A stretch of DNA of 64,000 bases, from assembly GCF_031769215.1 (NCBI RefSeq), contig NW_026781958.1, positions 496,001 through 560,000 of the forward strand, read 5' to 3'. The notes beneath the pieces are model-generated. The model was not told the DNA's origin, searched no databases, and saw nothing but the letters and a program-made list of their open reading frames with translations. A program made the translations under genes and the position numbers. Shown piece after piece: positions 39,471 to 54,063 of the stretch. Within the stretch, counting starts at the first letter, position 1, and each line of letters starts with the position of its first letter. The DNA comes from Ylistrum balloti. Its lineage: Eukaryota.

Positions 39471-41312
39471 CATCTGCCACATGTTAACTATCATGCTACC
39501 CATCCATCCTGTGACTATTCTCTCCTAATGCAGGACTTTAATATTGAATGTTTTTATCCTACAAAGACACTGGAATTACATTGTAAGAAAATGACTTTCA
39601 GTGATGATTATAACATTTCATATTGATATCATCAGTGTCAGTTAACAAGCATACAAGCCATCAAACACTACAGAGTCTTCAATCTTATACAGAGTAAGGT
39701 ATAATGTTGGGGAAAATCAGACACTTTAATTTTCAGTATCATTCAAACTACTGATTGGAAACTCTGTAACTTTCTCATCATCAATTTTGTTAAAGTCAAC
39801 CTTTTTTATGATGATAATGATATCTTTTATTAATCCAGGGTACGACAAATCTAGTTTACCACTCGCCCTGCATCAACTTATCACACTGTAACAAACGTCT
39901 TAAAAAGCTTTCTTATTCTTTGCCTTCAACATACCTCAGTACATTTCATCTACACTGTCAAATATCATGGCTTCTGTTTGATGCTATGAAAATCTATGTG
40001 TAAGTTAACGGTTCCAACACCAAGTGATGTAGCCAAACATCAGTGAATCCTGCAGATAAAATATTTCTCCTGAATGCTAAGTACACAATTCTCTGTGGGA
40101 GAGCTGCATCCTATGGTGAGAATTTTACATACAGAAATAATCACTTTAAATCGCCTAACAGAAGTCATTTTCTGGTGAGTTATGGGGAAGAGTTATTTCA
40201 TATTGAGAAAAAAGTCAAACTGTTGAAAGAATAGTGATAGTGTAAAGTGACAGAAATCAACAGGAAAATTATCAAATACATAAAAAACTATCTACAATCT
40301 GAATTAATTCCAAACACACTCCACTGGAGGCAAGATTTCTTATAATACCAGTAACAATTTAAACATGTGCCTGGCATTTGTAGCATTTTCAGAAAATCTG
40401 CATTACTTCTGGTTATAAATACATATATAGAAACTTATTCCATTCATACCTGATCACTCATCCTTTTCTACTCAATTTGAAGCTTGAGATAAAACTGAAC
40501 AGATCTACACAGAAGTAAAACACTAAACAGATCTGGATTGATGAATCACACAACTAAACTCCATATCAACATGACTGATATAGTATTAATTTGTAAAGTA
40601 CTTATTGAACCAAGCTGGAGAATATGTGTTTCTATAACTGATATTTTATGATAATTCTCAGAAATAACTCTCATGAACTTTGTATGTTATTTGGATACTG
40701 TTTTTCATTGAACTAAAATTTTGGGAAAGAAATGAATGTATGGGTGGTACTCATGGAAATGATTTGACGATGAGGACAAAGATGAAACAGAGGGATAGGA
40801 ATGAGAAGGACTATACAACAATTTAAAAAGCACGCCTTTGGAAACTTTTGCTTAGTTGACAAGTAAAAATTTCCACAAAAGTGTTCAGCATCATTTTTTT
40901 GTCTTTTCTGCTTGGAATAGTACATATACTGCAAGTGTGTTACTTTTTTGAGGTTCTTTTAATCACTATGTTTAAGGATGGAACAAAATCACAAAAACAG
41001 GAAGAAAGAAAAAAAAGCATACATGTAATAATTAATTAATCAGGAGAGTTTAATGCTGGAGTTTGTTTCACTACTTCTGTGAAAAAATTAATCCTTTTTT
41101 CCTTCATGGTTTTGGTAAGTCAGCAAAAATTTACTGCGACAAAAATGATCTTCACAGTATGTAGTGATTATAAGGTCAATGTGTTTAAAAGCTAACAGTC
41201 TTTCTGACCTCGATGACCTAAACTAAACAGAAACCAACATGTTGCTGCCAGTTACAACTATTTCTAGTGTAGAAAATAAATATCAATCAGCCTTGCCACA
41301 GAGAGATGTAAT

Positions 41313-42628
41313 TGGCTGAGATCAGTAGATGAGAGATGGCCATGTAGTGCCACTGGTGGCTGAGATCAGTAGACAGGAGATGGCCATGTAGTACCACTGG
41401 TGGCTGAGATCAGTAGATGAGAGATGGCCATGTAGTGCCACTGGTGGCTGGATCAGTAGATAAGAGATGGCCATGTAGTGCCACTGGTGGCTGAGATCAA
41501 TAGATGAGAGATGGCCATGTAGTGCCACTGGTGGCTGAGATAAGTAGATGAGAGATGGCCATGTAGTGCCACTGGTGGCTGAGATCAGTAGATGAGAGAT
41601 GGCCATGTAGTGCCACTGGTGGCTGAGATCAGTAGATGAGAGATGGCCATGTAGTGCCACTGGTGGCTGAGATCAGTAGATGAGAGATGGCCATGTAGTG
41701 CCACTGGTGGCTGAGATCAGTAGATGAGAGATGGCCATGTAGTGCCACTGGTGGCTGAGATCAGTAGATGAGAGATGGCCATGTAGTGCCACTGGTGGCT
41801 GAGATCAATAGACAGGAGATGGCCATGTAGTGCCACTGGTGGCTGAGATCAATAGACAGGAGATGGCCATGTAGTGCCACTGGTGGCTGAGATCAATAGA
41901 CAGGAGATGGCTATGTAGTGCCAATGGTGGCTGAGATCAATAGACAGGAGATGGCTATGTAGTGCCACTGGTGGCTGAGATCAGTAGACAGCAGATGGCT
42001 ATGTAGTGCCACTGGTGGCTGAGATCAGTAGACGGCTATGTAGTGCCACTGGTGGCTGAGATCAATAGACACGAGATGGCTATAAGTACCACTGGTGGCT
42101 AAAATCAGTAGACAGGTGATGGCTCAGTAGACAGGAGATGGCTATGTAGTACCACTGGTGGCTGAGATCAGTAGACAGGAGATGGCTATGTAGTGCCACT
42201 GGTGGCTGAGATCAGTAGACAGCAGATGGCTATATAGTGCCAATGGTGGCTGAGATCAATAGACAGGAGATGGCTATGTAGTGCCACTGGTGGCTGAGAT
42301 CAGTAGACAGCAGATGGCTATGTAGTGCCACTGGTGGCTGAGATCAGTAGACGGCTATGTAGTGCCAATGGTGGCTGAGATCAATAGACAGGAGATGGCT
42401 ATGTAGTGCCACTGGTGGCTGAGATCAGTAGACAGCAGATGGCTATGTAGTGCCACTGGTGGCTGAGATCAGTAGACAGCAGATGGCTATATAGTGCCAA
42501 TGGTGGCTGAGATCAGTAGACAGCAGATGGCTATGTAGTGCCACTGGTGGCTGAGATCAGTAGACGGCTATGTAGTGCCACTGGTGGCTGAGATCAGTAG
42601 ACAGGAGATGGCTATGTAGTACCACTGG
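41313..42628. repeat. 44-bp minisatellite, ~30 copies
   Basis: GCTGAGATCAGTAGATGAGAGATGGCCATGTAGTGCCACTGGTG and variants. Confidence 0.97.
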
Positions 42629-45600
42629 AAGTCTGGGAATTTCACACTTGTACATAATTATTTCCATGGCCATTCATTTTTATTTTTTTACACCATCCTT
42701 ACATTTTTATACACATTTTAGAAGTATTTATCTGAAGTATGTAGCCGCTCACTCTTCACACTGCAATGTCTGTATCGCGTGAGGAGTTCTCTGTTAACCT
42801 TTCATATCAAAGACAGCACATGCTGTAATGTCATCAATTTTTGTGGGGTTTTTATTTTTTGGCATTTTGAAAGGTAAATATTCATCCATAAAGTCATAAC
42901 ATTGATGAAATGATCAACAGCGTAAAATTGTTATAAACTTGTAGTGAATTTGGTGACTACTATACTCAAGATTCAATAAAAAATGATTTTAAAAGATTGA
43001 ACCCATGAAATATATGGTTGAACCGTGTCTGTCACATGCCTCATGACAATCATTAGTACAGGGACCTTCATATTCTGAAAGACTTATGTAAACTTGACCC
43101 TGTGTATATGTACAATATATCTGTAGGATATTACATGAAATACATACAGGACTCCATCAGTTTTATGGTTTTGTTATCAAATCCAAATACTCTGAACCAT
43201 TCCCAAATCCTACCAAATCCATCTGGAATCTTACCGCATTATGAGGTGGCATCTGACAGTCTATATGAAAAATGTGGTAGGTGTGGAACCACATCAAAAT
43301 CAGGATATTATCATCTAAACCAAGAGGGGGAAGTGCGAATCTATTAGAAATAGATAATTCGTGTGGTGATTGAACTAAACCATCAATGCATCCCTTGCAA
43401 ACACATTTCAGAATATACTGTGAAGTCATTAATTTTCAGAGGGGATTTATTTTCATTGATTTTTGTGGGTTTTCTTAATCCATGTATTCATATATATGTC
43501 CTCCAACTGTTAAATTCAGTATATGTAAATTCATTTAGCTATATTTAGCAATGAAATCAAGTGTCAACGAAATTGTGATTTTTTGAAAAACCATCAAAAT
43601 TGAGCCCCATGTATGATTTTACAGTATATTTATTCAATTTTAAAGAATGTTTTTAATTCTTGATTAAAGACTTCTAACAAGTCTATTTTTGGGATAGGAA
43701 AGTAGGCTTGGGTCTTAATCAAAAGTCCTTACTTACACAAACATACATACTTTGGATAGTACACATATGTTGAATATTTCAATGTTTTTGAAATTATTTC
43801 ACTTTCATTCTCTGACAATAAATTACATCTATATGAAAAAAAAATTGCTTTGAACAGACATTTTGGCAAAGATGTTACAGAAAACTGCCTTTATACTTAA
43901 GCAGAATAATCATTGATTTAATTAGATTTTTCTTTTTTCATTTTGAATACTAAATCAACTGATGCACTAAGACTGAAAATCAAATTTGATTGTGATATAA
44001 TATCTAATCAGAGCTATATAAAGTAACAAATTTGTTTTACAAGCCAATAGGCCATGCCTTAAGTCTCCAGCACTTAAAAGCACAGACAAAATAAATCAAA
44101 CCTAGAATTCATCACTCATATTCAAGATGTAAAACTTACTAGTTAACAACCAAGAATTTGAGAACCAGGATTGTGAGAACAATTTAGCCCATGAAAGAAG
44201 TGACGGAAATTATCAATATTTCTAAGGCACATAACATATACTGTATGTGATTTTTAGAATAAGAGTAAGCTTTATGAATTCAATTAGACAGAAAATACTT
44301 TAAACAAGTTTGGTGCGATATAGTGTATATCTGGTTCAATAATAAATTATTCCAATGTATTTTAATAATCACACTTTCTCACAGCTTATTTCTAAATTCC
44401 AATGTATTTTAACAGTTCTCATTCTGTAGTTCTGAAATGATGTAATCCTAAAGACGGATATTAAATACCAGGTATATCTCTGATACTAAAACAATGTCAG
44501 CCGAGATTTCTCTTAAAAAAGTAGGGAAATTGAAACTGAAAATCCATTAAATATAGCACCAAAATTATACAGCAGGAAAAATGTATCATTTTGATACTGA
44601 AAATCCATCAAATATTATACTAAATTATACAGCAGGAAAAATGTATCGTTTTAATACTTTATACTTTCAAGTAAGATGTCTGACTTCCCAAGATTCCAAC
44701 ATTCACTCATCAACAGACTATTCAAAAACAATTATCATGACAGAAAGTCAAACAAAATGTTTTAAAAAGACTTCTGTGATTTAGCCAAACTTTTAGAATC
44801 TTGATACATTGGGGGTCAGGATTCTGTTTTGGTACATGGTTATCTATCTAAAGGCCATTAACATTAAAGTTGAGGGTTCTGATGATGTTTTAGGGGAAGG
44901 TCTAGACCAAATTTCTTCTGCAGATTCAGGTTGTCAAACTCTTTACTGTATCACGTTGAGCCTTATTTAATATGTACAAAGAAACTACCAAAGTAATGAT
45001 TTGTATACCGACTAATTCATGATCTACACAATTGCTTTTTTCACAAAAATTCCTGGTTTTGTGTGCACCAGTTAATGATTATGCCTAGTGTAATAATGTG
45101 TTGTAATTCCCGAGGCACTCCTCCCAAATCTATCATCTCATCTGCCTGTAATAAACAAATTGTCTTTCCCAGATCACCAACTCTTCCTCACTGCTACAAC
45201 AGATTTCTAACACATGTAAGACAGTGTAATCCCCACCATTGCCAAAACTACTTTCTCTTGCCTAGGCACCGAAGCCATCAATCAAGAAATGCTTCGGGTA
45301 CAAATACAACTCCAGCAGCTTTTGGATACAGAGTGATGTACCCTGCCCTGTCAGATCATCCACAACACCTGTCTAGATCCAATATTAAGACAATGTCAAC
45401 AAGGGTTGTCCAACTCCTGCCAAATAGTCTGCCAACATAAATGCCTACTGACTTTTGACCTCTGACCTACTGTCTTACATAGTGCAAGTATTTTTAACAA
45501 CTATTTATTGAATGCCAATGGCAGAAATGTATGAACTGCATTAGTGATGAAACTTCTCCTGTAAAACTACTGTTCAACAACTAACTCATAAGAAGTAGTA

Positions 45601-46090
45601 AATATCAGTAATAACCTTTGACACGTCAATTAAGGCACAAATGAACTATGACCTTTACATATCACACTGAATATGAACTATGACCTTCAACACACCAATT
45701 AAAGTACTTATGAACTACTGGACTTTGGTACATTAATTACAAAGGACACATGAACTATGACCTTTAACAATAGGAACAAGTTGCCTTGAGGTTTTAAAGT
45801 TGATTTTAATTGCAGACAGGTCTTAACACTGATTTTCCTTCATTTGTTCGTGGTTATTTTGTGATACCCATACTAACTAACAATATCCCTGACTCACTTC
45901 ATCAGCTGAGTACAACTTAGAATAGACAAATGACAGATCTCCATACTTCAAACGATGAGTACAATGTCCAGCTCTTTTACTTACAAAGAAATAGCATATG
46001 CCTTGGCATCATAACACTTAGGACCTTAGTCACAGATCTCTTACACTATTCTGTAGTTACATGTACTACCTGGTATCATCGAATAGGGAC

Positions 46091-46288
46091 AAAGGTATTC
46101 TTAGGAATAACACCTAAATGGAATCCTGATTTACTGAAGAAAGGTATTCTTAGGAATAACACCTAAATGGAATCCTGATTTACGGAAGAAAGGTATTCTT
46201 AGGAATAACACCTAAATGGAATCCTGATTTACGGAAGAAAGGTATTCTTAGGAATAACACCTAAATGGAATCCTGATTTACTGAAGAA
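46091..46288. repeat. 49-bp tandem repeat x4
   Basis: AAAGGTATTCTTAGGAATAACACCTAAATGGAATCCTGATTTACTGAAG at 46091, 46140, etc. Confidence 0.95.
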
Positions 46289-47182
46289 TTTGGAATGAAA
46301 GGAATATTCAGTACAAGTTAAGATTTCATATGTTGTTTCTTACAAAACGATCGTCTTGTGTTGTTTTTGAAATTGTACATTAAAAGTTCACCACAAAACA
46401 AATTTAAGATATTTAATTTATAGAAATTTCATGTAGATCTAGCTAAATCAATTTACAAACATTACTTCCACCAAGATTCAGCCACAACAGATTTGCTTTA
46501 TATCAACTAAACAGTGTGAAATATTAGTGAATATTTTAAAACTGACAAGAAATATTCTGAACAAACCAATGGCATTCCAATCCCAGTAAAAAGTATAAGT
46601 GACCCGCCTACAGACTGAATGACCTAGTAAGTGTCTGAGTTCTGGATTCTCCAATGTTCTATATTTAGACAGTCTAATTTTATATTGGCAGAAATATTCC
46701 TACCATTTCCACTTGTCCGACCTTAGAAAAGATATATTTTGATGCTGGCAATAGTTTTAGAATCACTAGGAAAAAATAAGTACAAAATAGCCCAAAATTT
46801 GCCAACATGATTAGAGTTTCCCTATAACAGGAGGAATGTAAAAGACTTCATTATGATATGAACTTGGAATGACAGTAAGACAGACGCACAGAGTAATGGA
46901 CTGATGGACACTCTTCATTTGGTATTATATCATGTCATTACTTTAACAAATGTATAAAAAGGTAAATATACGACAGATTATCTTTTCAACTTTGATGATT
47001 TTCATTGTTTATATGGAGCTGAATCAAAACGCCAAAGAAACAAAATCTTAGTAAAAGTTACTTGGATGGCTTTATCAAATAAATAACAGTCATACCTTTG
47101 ACAGTTTATAAAGTAAAATTTCTACATTCATGATACATATACTTTAACTGATGGCAAGATCAAATGAAACAAGTTCTCTTAG

Positions 47183-47462
47183 AAACAAGAGTATCAGTAA
47201 AACTGATAATGCTCCCTGAAAACAACTTTATAAGACATACAATTTTAAACAAAGGGCAATAACTCTTTACTTTTGGGATTCAGGTACAGAATTTGGTACA
47301 CTGCACATCAGTGTGATCAATGTATACACCAAGTTTCATCATCCTTGCTTAAATGTGTAATATAAGCTGTGGCAAAAAAGGATGGATGTAAAGACAGACA
47401 GCAGGAAAGAACAGGTGGCAAATATTTGCTTCCTTAAAAATTTCCAGGGAGCATAATAAAAC
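47183..47462 (+). mobile_element. Degenerate short non-autonomous Helentron-type (HINE-like) element
   Basis: Starts AAACAAGAG..., contains GGATGGATG/AGACAGACAG microsatellite remnants, ends ...GCTTCC...GGGAGCATAA; same layout as the 62824-63784 insertion. Confidence 0.45.
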
Positions 47463-48685
47463 ATTGATATTTTTGTAAACTATTCAAGGAAGAATAATGG
47501 AAGCTTGATATAAAATGATTATGAATCATAAAATTTCCAGCAATCCAGTTTGCAGCCGGAAGTGGTTGCATAATGACTTTTCCACATCCATAGATACAGA
47601 CTGCACCCCCTGTTTAACACTACAGCGATGATGTATATACAAAGCATGCAAAGATCTGAGAATACCTGACCATGTCAGGAATATCTTGCCGTTGCAAGGC
47701 AGGAAATACACTAGAAGGTTCATCACATACTTCCCCAGAGCCGGTAATTGTCAACATATTTGTGCAATTCTAATGTCTTTTATTTCGGCATTCAACCACA
47801 GTCACATGTGGAATCCCGATCACAACTCGTCAATGATTTGTCAGCTTGATAAAAAGAATATGAAATTTGCAAAAACTATGATAAATATTTATTCAAATTT
47901 TTTCACTTCTTGACTTCAACTGAAATGATATAAACACTTGATTATAAGAAATGGATTGGTACAAATAAAAAAAATGTTTATGTAAATTTGTTTTGTTAAG
48001 CTTGACATGCTGGGAAGACCTGGCCAAGGTTAGTCTAATGAAGTACATGTATCTGCCATCTAGGACAACCTGCTGAATAATTATGCAATGTACTGTCTGA
48101 GGAACTCTAATGCTGAGCTATACACAGGATACAAAATATCTGGGTTGTCTTCTGAGGGATTCTACAAAATGTCCACCATGCAAGGAATTTGTGACCGTGG
48201 AAATTTCTGCCCAGGATAACTAGGATGTTTTGAATACTTCATAGCACAAACACAACATTGTATTTCACTTAATTAGTGTTCATATATAAACAACAGAAGT
48301 GGAAGAGGATCAAAGAAACATTCAGGATTTATAAACATGGTAATACCGTATTTGACCCATTAAGCACTCAAGGCACTTAACAAATTTCAGAAATGGAGAG
48401 GCAGTCACTAGGCCACTTTAACAAGATTAATTTCATCTAGGGAAATCCCCAAAAGTACTTTCATTTTCTAAATATAGACTCATTACATCACTTACCCACC
48501 ATTCATTTACCTCATTTTCAATATTAAAAAGATGGCACTGATGGAAGCAACTAAATGTTTCTCATCAATTTTCAATCTTCTGGAATATTTTGATAGCAGA
48601 CAATATTTTCACCCATTTTACTACTTGTTTGACATTCACTTAAACAAATTATTGGCTCATGAAACAATTTCAGACTGCAAGATGA

Positions 48686-48773
48686 ATTAAGGAGTTTATA
48701 CTGTTAATTAAGGAGTTTATACTGTTAATTAAGGAGTTTATACTGTTAATTAAGGAGTTTATACTGTTAATTT
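48686..48773. repeat. 21-bp tandem repeat x4
   Basis: (AATTAAGGAGTTTATACTGTT)4. Confidence 0.92.
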
Positions 48774-48869
48774 AAATCTTCATACTTATACATCATTTAC
48801 CTTCTTTACAGTATAAATGTTCACGATGAAATAATGAAAGACGTCATTAAAAGAACTAAGAAATTTGAC

Positions 48870-49250
48870 ACCATTAACCTTGAAAGTTGGCCAAGGTCAT
48901 TCATTTGAACAAACTTGGTAACCTTAATTTTTAATACCAGCATATTACAGGACCAAGATCATGTTCCTGGACTGGGCTTTTTAGCTCAGAGATGTTTCTA
49001 GAAGACCCATAAGGCCACAGTTAATGACCCTGAGCATATTACTTATTTAGAAGTTGCTTGTTTTGATATTTTTCAATACATTGACACACGTGACCTTGAA
49101 AGTGGGTCAAGGTTATTTATTTGGAAAAACTTGGTCGTTCTTCATCCATGTTTTTTACGAGCCAATATCATAACTTGGGCCCATCCCTTATAAAGAAGAT
49201 TTTGTTTCAAGGAAAAAGTTATGCCGGAGATTGCGTGACTTGTCCTAAGA
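48870..49250. mobile_element. Degenerate repeat with two TGACCTTGAAAG..GGTCAAGGT units (HINE-type internal repeats)
   Basis: TAACCTTGAAAGTTGGCCAAGGTCATTCATTTGAACAAACTTGGT at ~48876 vs TGACCTTGAAAGTGGGTCAAGGTTATTTATTTGGAAAAACTTGGT at ~49091. Confidence 0.45.
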
Positions 49251-50569
49251 ACAGATCGGCTAAAAATCAAACATATACAATACTTTATGTGTGACTGAAT
49301 GGATTCTATTGTCCAGAAGATTATGAAGTCATTAAAGTTTCATTGTTTCTGATTCTATACAAGAGAAATTCGTTTTACCAGCTGGTAATGCTAACTTCTG
49401 CCAAATTTATAGTCGGATTTGTTTCCTGTTTTAGTAAAATCTTCACTGAATATGGATTTTATAAAAGTCACAATCAAATCAATGTCTAAAGTACGAGACT
49501 GATCTGTGCCACATGAAAATGCCATACATCCTGAGGCACCAACTGTGTTGCCTAAATTAGTATCTCTTAAGTTCCCAATATAAACATCCAGGTACGTCTG
49601 CAGGACATTACATACCCATCATTATCAAAATTTATTTCATGATGAGCCTAAAGCAGATTCCATCACCACACTTCCCAATGAATTTGTCATGATGTCTTGC
49701 ATGCAGCATTGATAAAGATCAAATGCTCGGACCAATTCTAGAGCCTGAGCACATGCTTGGAAGTCGGAAGCTATAAAAAGTCCCCTGGAAGCTGCTGACT
49801 TTTAATGAGTCGAAAGCACTTCGATATATAAAGTAATAATATCTGGTTAGCTGTACAATATACAGACCCAAACCTCGCTAACTATACCTTTTAGCTTTGA
49901 CGTTAAAGGCTGCTGACTCATAATGACTACATAGAGCTGGAGGTGCTATTTCTAACTTTTGATAACCGGTATCTTACAATGTGCTTCATACTTTTCTTTG
50001 CATAACAAATAATTTTTTCTCTAAATTAAATAATTATTAAACATTTAAAAAAGATATAACAAAAATTAAGTAATCCTGAATCTTACACATCCATCATAGC
50101 CCATAGGACAGAAAATGGTTCCAATAGTTGTCTTCATAAGGATGCAGCCTGTTACAGAATTTTTAACAGAAGCTAATACCCGATTTAACAGCTTGATAAA
50201 CAGAAACATTCAAAATACAGAGTTATGCATCATTGTAAGGCTTGTTTATCCGGACTTGTTTGTATGTGTAAAACTTAACTATTTCATTGTCCACTGTATG
50301 ATCTAGGTATTCACATAAAGTTTGGTTACAATTGAACTTACATACTTTTTGAGCATTAGATCGACACCAAACAGTGTAAAGAGAAATATAGACAACTATG
50401 CCAACACAGCTAGTACGGTAACACCACAGTCTTGTTTTCTGGACTTTTCATAAGCGGCAGATCAAAACGCACCAAATTTAAAGTGAAATATTGACAATGA
50501 CACCATCAACACTGGTAATAAACTAACATTATAGCTTCGATTCATTTCTGTGCTTCTTCATCACTGGTG

Positions 50570-50672
50570 AGACAAAAATGAGTTTTTCATCACAGACGAG
50601 ACAAAAATGAGTTCTTCATTACAGGCGCAACGAAAATGAGTTCTTCATCACAGGCGCGACAAAAATGAGTTA
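50570..50672. repeat. ~29-bp tandem repeat x~3.5
   Basis: GACAAAAATGAGTTYTTCATCACAG recurs. Confidence 0.8.
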
Positions 50673-51049
50673 ATCAAGAACATAGTACAAGATGACTTTT
50701 GTAAGTAACCACTGGATACAGTAGTCAAAAGACTACTGTAGTATGCTGTTCCTTGTTACAACTCTATCCACTTAATTGAATCACTGAGTGAACATCACAG
50801 AAATACACAGTACATATCTGATACAAACTTTGTTTAGAACTATCAGGCTCTTTGTACCTCATTAAATATTGAATAAGAAGCTATATGCCATAGTGTTTAA
50901 GTAATCCTCTCGACTAAACCTATAAAGCACCATGTACTTACGGCTGTCACTACAATTAAGTGGACAAAGACCTAAAGGGGATCCACATTGTACTTTGTAT
51001 CTTTTCAAGAGTTCATTATTTTTTCATGAACTTATTTCAAACATCAACA

Positions 51050-52281
51050 AACAACTACTGTATATGTGGTAATAGTCACCCCCCGCCCACCCCAATAAAC
51101 AGTTATTGTATATGAGGTAATAGTCACACCCCCCCCCCAATAAACAGTTACTGTATGTGTGGTAATAGTCACACACACCCCCCACCCCAATAAACAGTTA
51201 TTGTATATGTAGTAATAGTCACCCCTCCCCAATAAACAGTTACTGTATGTGTGGTAATAGTCACCCCTCCCCAATAAACAGTTACTGTATGTATGGTAAT
51301 AGTCACCCCTCCCCAATAAACAGTTACTGTATGTGTGGTAATAGTCACCCTTCCCAATAAACAGTTACTGTATGTGTGGTAATAGTCACCCCTCCCCAAT
51401 AAACAGTTACTGTATGTATGGTAATAGTCACCCCTCCCCAATACACAGTTACTGTATGTGTGGTAATAGTCACCCCTCCCCAATAAACAGTTACTGTATG
51501 TGTGGTAATAGTCACCCTTCCCAATAAACAGTTACTGTATGTGTGGTAATAGTCACCCCTCCCCAATAAACAGTTACTGTATGTGTGGTAATAGTCACTC
51601 CCCCAATAAACAGTTATTGTGTGTGTGGTAATAGGCACCCCTCCCCAATAATCAGTTACTGTATGTGTTGTAATAGTCACCCCTCCCCAATAAACAGTTA
51701 CTGTATGTGTTGTAATAGTGGTATGTGTGGTAATAGTCACCCCTCCCCAATAAACAGTTACTGTATGTGTGGTAATAGTCACTCCCCCAATAAACAGTTA
51801 TTGTATGTGTGGTAATAGGCACCCCTCCCCAATAATCAGTTACTGTATGTGTTGTAATAGTCACCCCTCCCCAATAAACAGTTACTGTATGTGTTGTAAT
51901 AGTCACCCTTCCCCAATACACAGTTACTGTATGTGTGGTAATAGTCACCCCTCCCCAATAAACAGTTACTGTATGTGTGGTAATAGTCACCCCTCCCCAA
52001 TAAACAGTTACTGTATGTGTTGTAATAGTCACCCCTCCCCAATAAACAGTTACTGTATGTGTGGAAATAGTCACCCCTCCCCAATAAACAGTTACTGTAT
52101 GAGTGGTAATAGTCACCCCTCCCCAATAAACAGTTACTGTATGTGTGGTAATAGTCACCCCTCCCCAATAAACAGTTACTGTATGTGTGGTAATAGTCAC
52201 CCCTCCCCAATAAACAGTTACTGTATGTGTGGTAATAGTTACCCCTCCCCAATAAACAACTACTATATGTGTGGTAATAGT
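51050..52281. repeat. 42-bp minisatellite, ~29 copies
   Basis: TAATAGTCACCCCTCCCCAATAAACAGTTACTGTATGTGTGG. Confidence 0.97.
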
Positions 52282-53062
52282 TCACATCTCCATACACATA
52301 AACAGACCATATCTATCAGATATTAGCAACTAAATTGCCCTTTTATAAGACTATCGAATATAAATTGCCTCATTTTATTTAAATAGTACATGTAACAGTA
52401 ACCTTACGTGACCTTTGACCCAGTAACCTGATTTCACTGAAGACTCCATGGAAAATCAATGAAGCAAACAGAAGCAAATTAGGTGAACACAGAATAGGAG
52501 ACTTAATGATGAACATATATGATCACTACATACACCTTCAATTCAAGTGAGACTGAATGTTTAATGAAAAGGTTGGCCAGGACAGACCAAATACTTCAAA
52601 ATTAAATGGAGTCTTTGAGTTCTATGAGTTCAAGATAACAAGGTTCAACTGTATATCCAACAAAAAAGTGATTTTATCTATAAAATAGCTAAATCTTTGA
52701 TAAGGTTAAAACTGAGAACTAATAACATTATTATAATAACCCACACAAAATTATTTCAAATAAGACAGTAACAACCAAAGATTATAGACATGGTTAAGTA
52801 CTAGGTAAATTTGGAATTAATGTGAATATGTAGATGTAAAAGATATTACAGTCAACACTGTCTATGAAGGCCACTGAAGGGAGCAGAAAAATGGCCTTTA
52901 AAATGGGAGGTCTTTATATAGAGGTTAATTTTATTGGCCTTCAGGACAGGTTTGACTTAATTTTACACTATTCTGGTATTTGATATTTTTTATTTCACGT
53001 GGAAATATCTGTATGAACTTTCTTGATATTGAATTTCAATATAATGCATAACTTGTACTCAC

Positions 53063-53199
53063 CAAAAGCATCCTCGTCAACTTCGCCCGAATAGTACTCG
53101 ATGACTCTCCGGTACACTGCGTAACCAAGCTTGTTGTACATCTCCACAGCCACCTTGTTTGACACCCGCACAAAGAGGTCGACAAAGTAGCAGTGTTTC
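53063..53199 (-). CDS. NAA20: N-alpha-acetyltransferase 20, penultimate coding exon (137 nt)
   Basis: Acceptor TTACAG|G, donor G|GTGAGT; encodes KHCYFVDLFVRVSNKVAVEMYNKLGYAVYRRVIEYYSGEVDEDAF (GNAT motif FVDLFVRxSN). Confidence 0.96.
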
Positions 53200-54063
53200 C
53201 TGTAACCAATGGTACTTCACATCAAACGCTCACTCCTCTAATTCACACACATTAGAAGTATTCCTGTCTTTCTCCAACAAGTAAAACTTTCTATAATCAC
53301 TCCTTCAATTCACACACATTAGAAGTAATCCAGTCTTTCTCCAACAAGTAAAACTTTCTAACATCAACTTCTTTTTCAGACAATATCACCATTTTCTTGA
53401 CAACAGACATTGTAATGAAAATGAGTTCATATTACATATTCTAACGCTATTATCCTTACTCAGATGGATTAGAATGACTTTGAAATATTAATATAATTGT
53501 TTTTATGGGGAGACATTCCATAGCTTTATTTTATTTCACAATAAAACTTGATTTTTAAGATTTTTGAATTTTTCTGCTGCTTAACATTAAACTTCAGTTT
53601 ATTACTTTCTCCTAATTGACAAACCGGTGAAATGGGTGAAAAAAGCGTGGAGACTTTCAAATTAGACCGACCACAGCACATAAAATTTTATGTTTTGGAA
53701 AATATCAAATGTATGTATCATTAGAGTTTTTCATTTTTTTTTTTGTTGTATTTACATCAGAAACAGTCCTTGACATCATAACGCTGATTTGAAATAGAGG
53801 GCATTAGAGGTGGGCTTAATACAGGATAAATACTGTAATATGATAATGATGGTTATCTGAGTATATAATGTGGTGTAACCCAGGATGACGTACCAGCAAG
53901 CAACTCTTTTTACATCAGAAACGGAAGGGGAGATAACTCATAGAATGCTGGTCATATAATTTGTGTGTTAAAATTTTAATTTTTTTTTTTTTTTGAAAAT
54001 ACATTGCTGTCCTCTTTATATCAATCACATTTTAACATTTAGACAATGTAAATATAAACTTAC

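Noticed and set aside
38426-39626. Cys-rich, metallothionein- or keratin-like ORFs
   Set aside because: Degenerate 19-22-bp repeat that shifts between frames.
51044-52326. Gly/Tyr/His-rich ORFs (GRGDYYHTYSNCLL) resembling shell-matrix proteins
   Set aside because: 42-bp satellite with frame-breaking indels, inside the NAA20 intron; no signal peptide or splice support.
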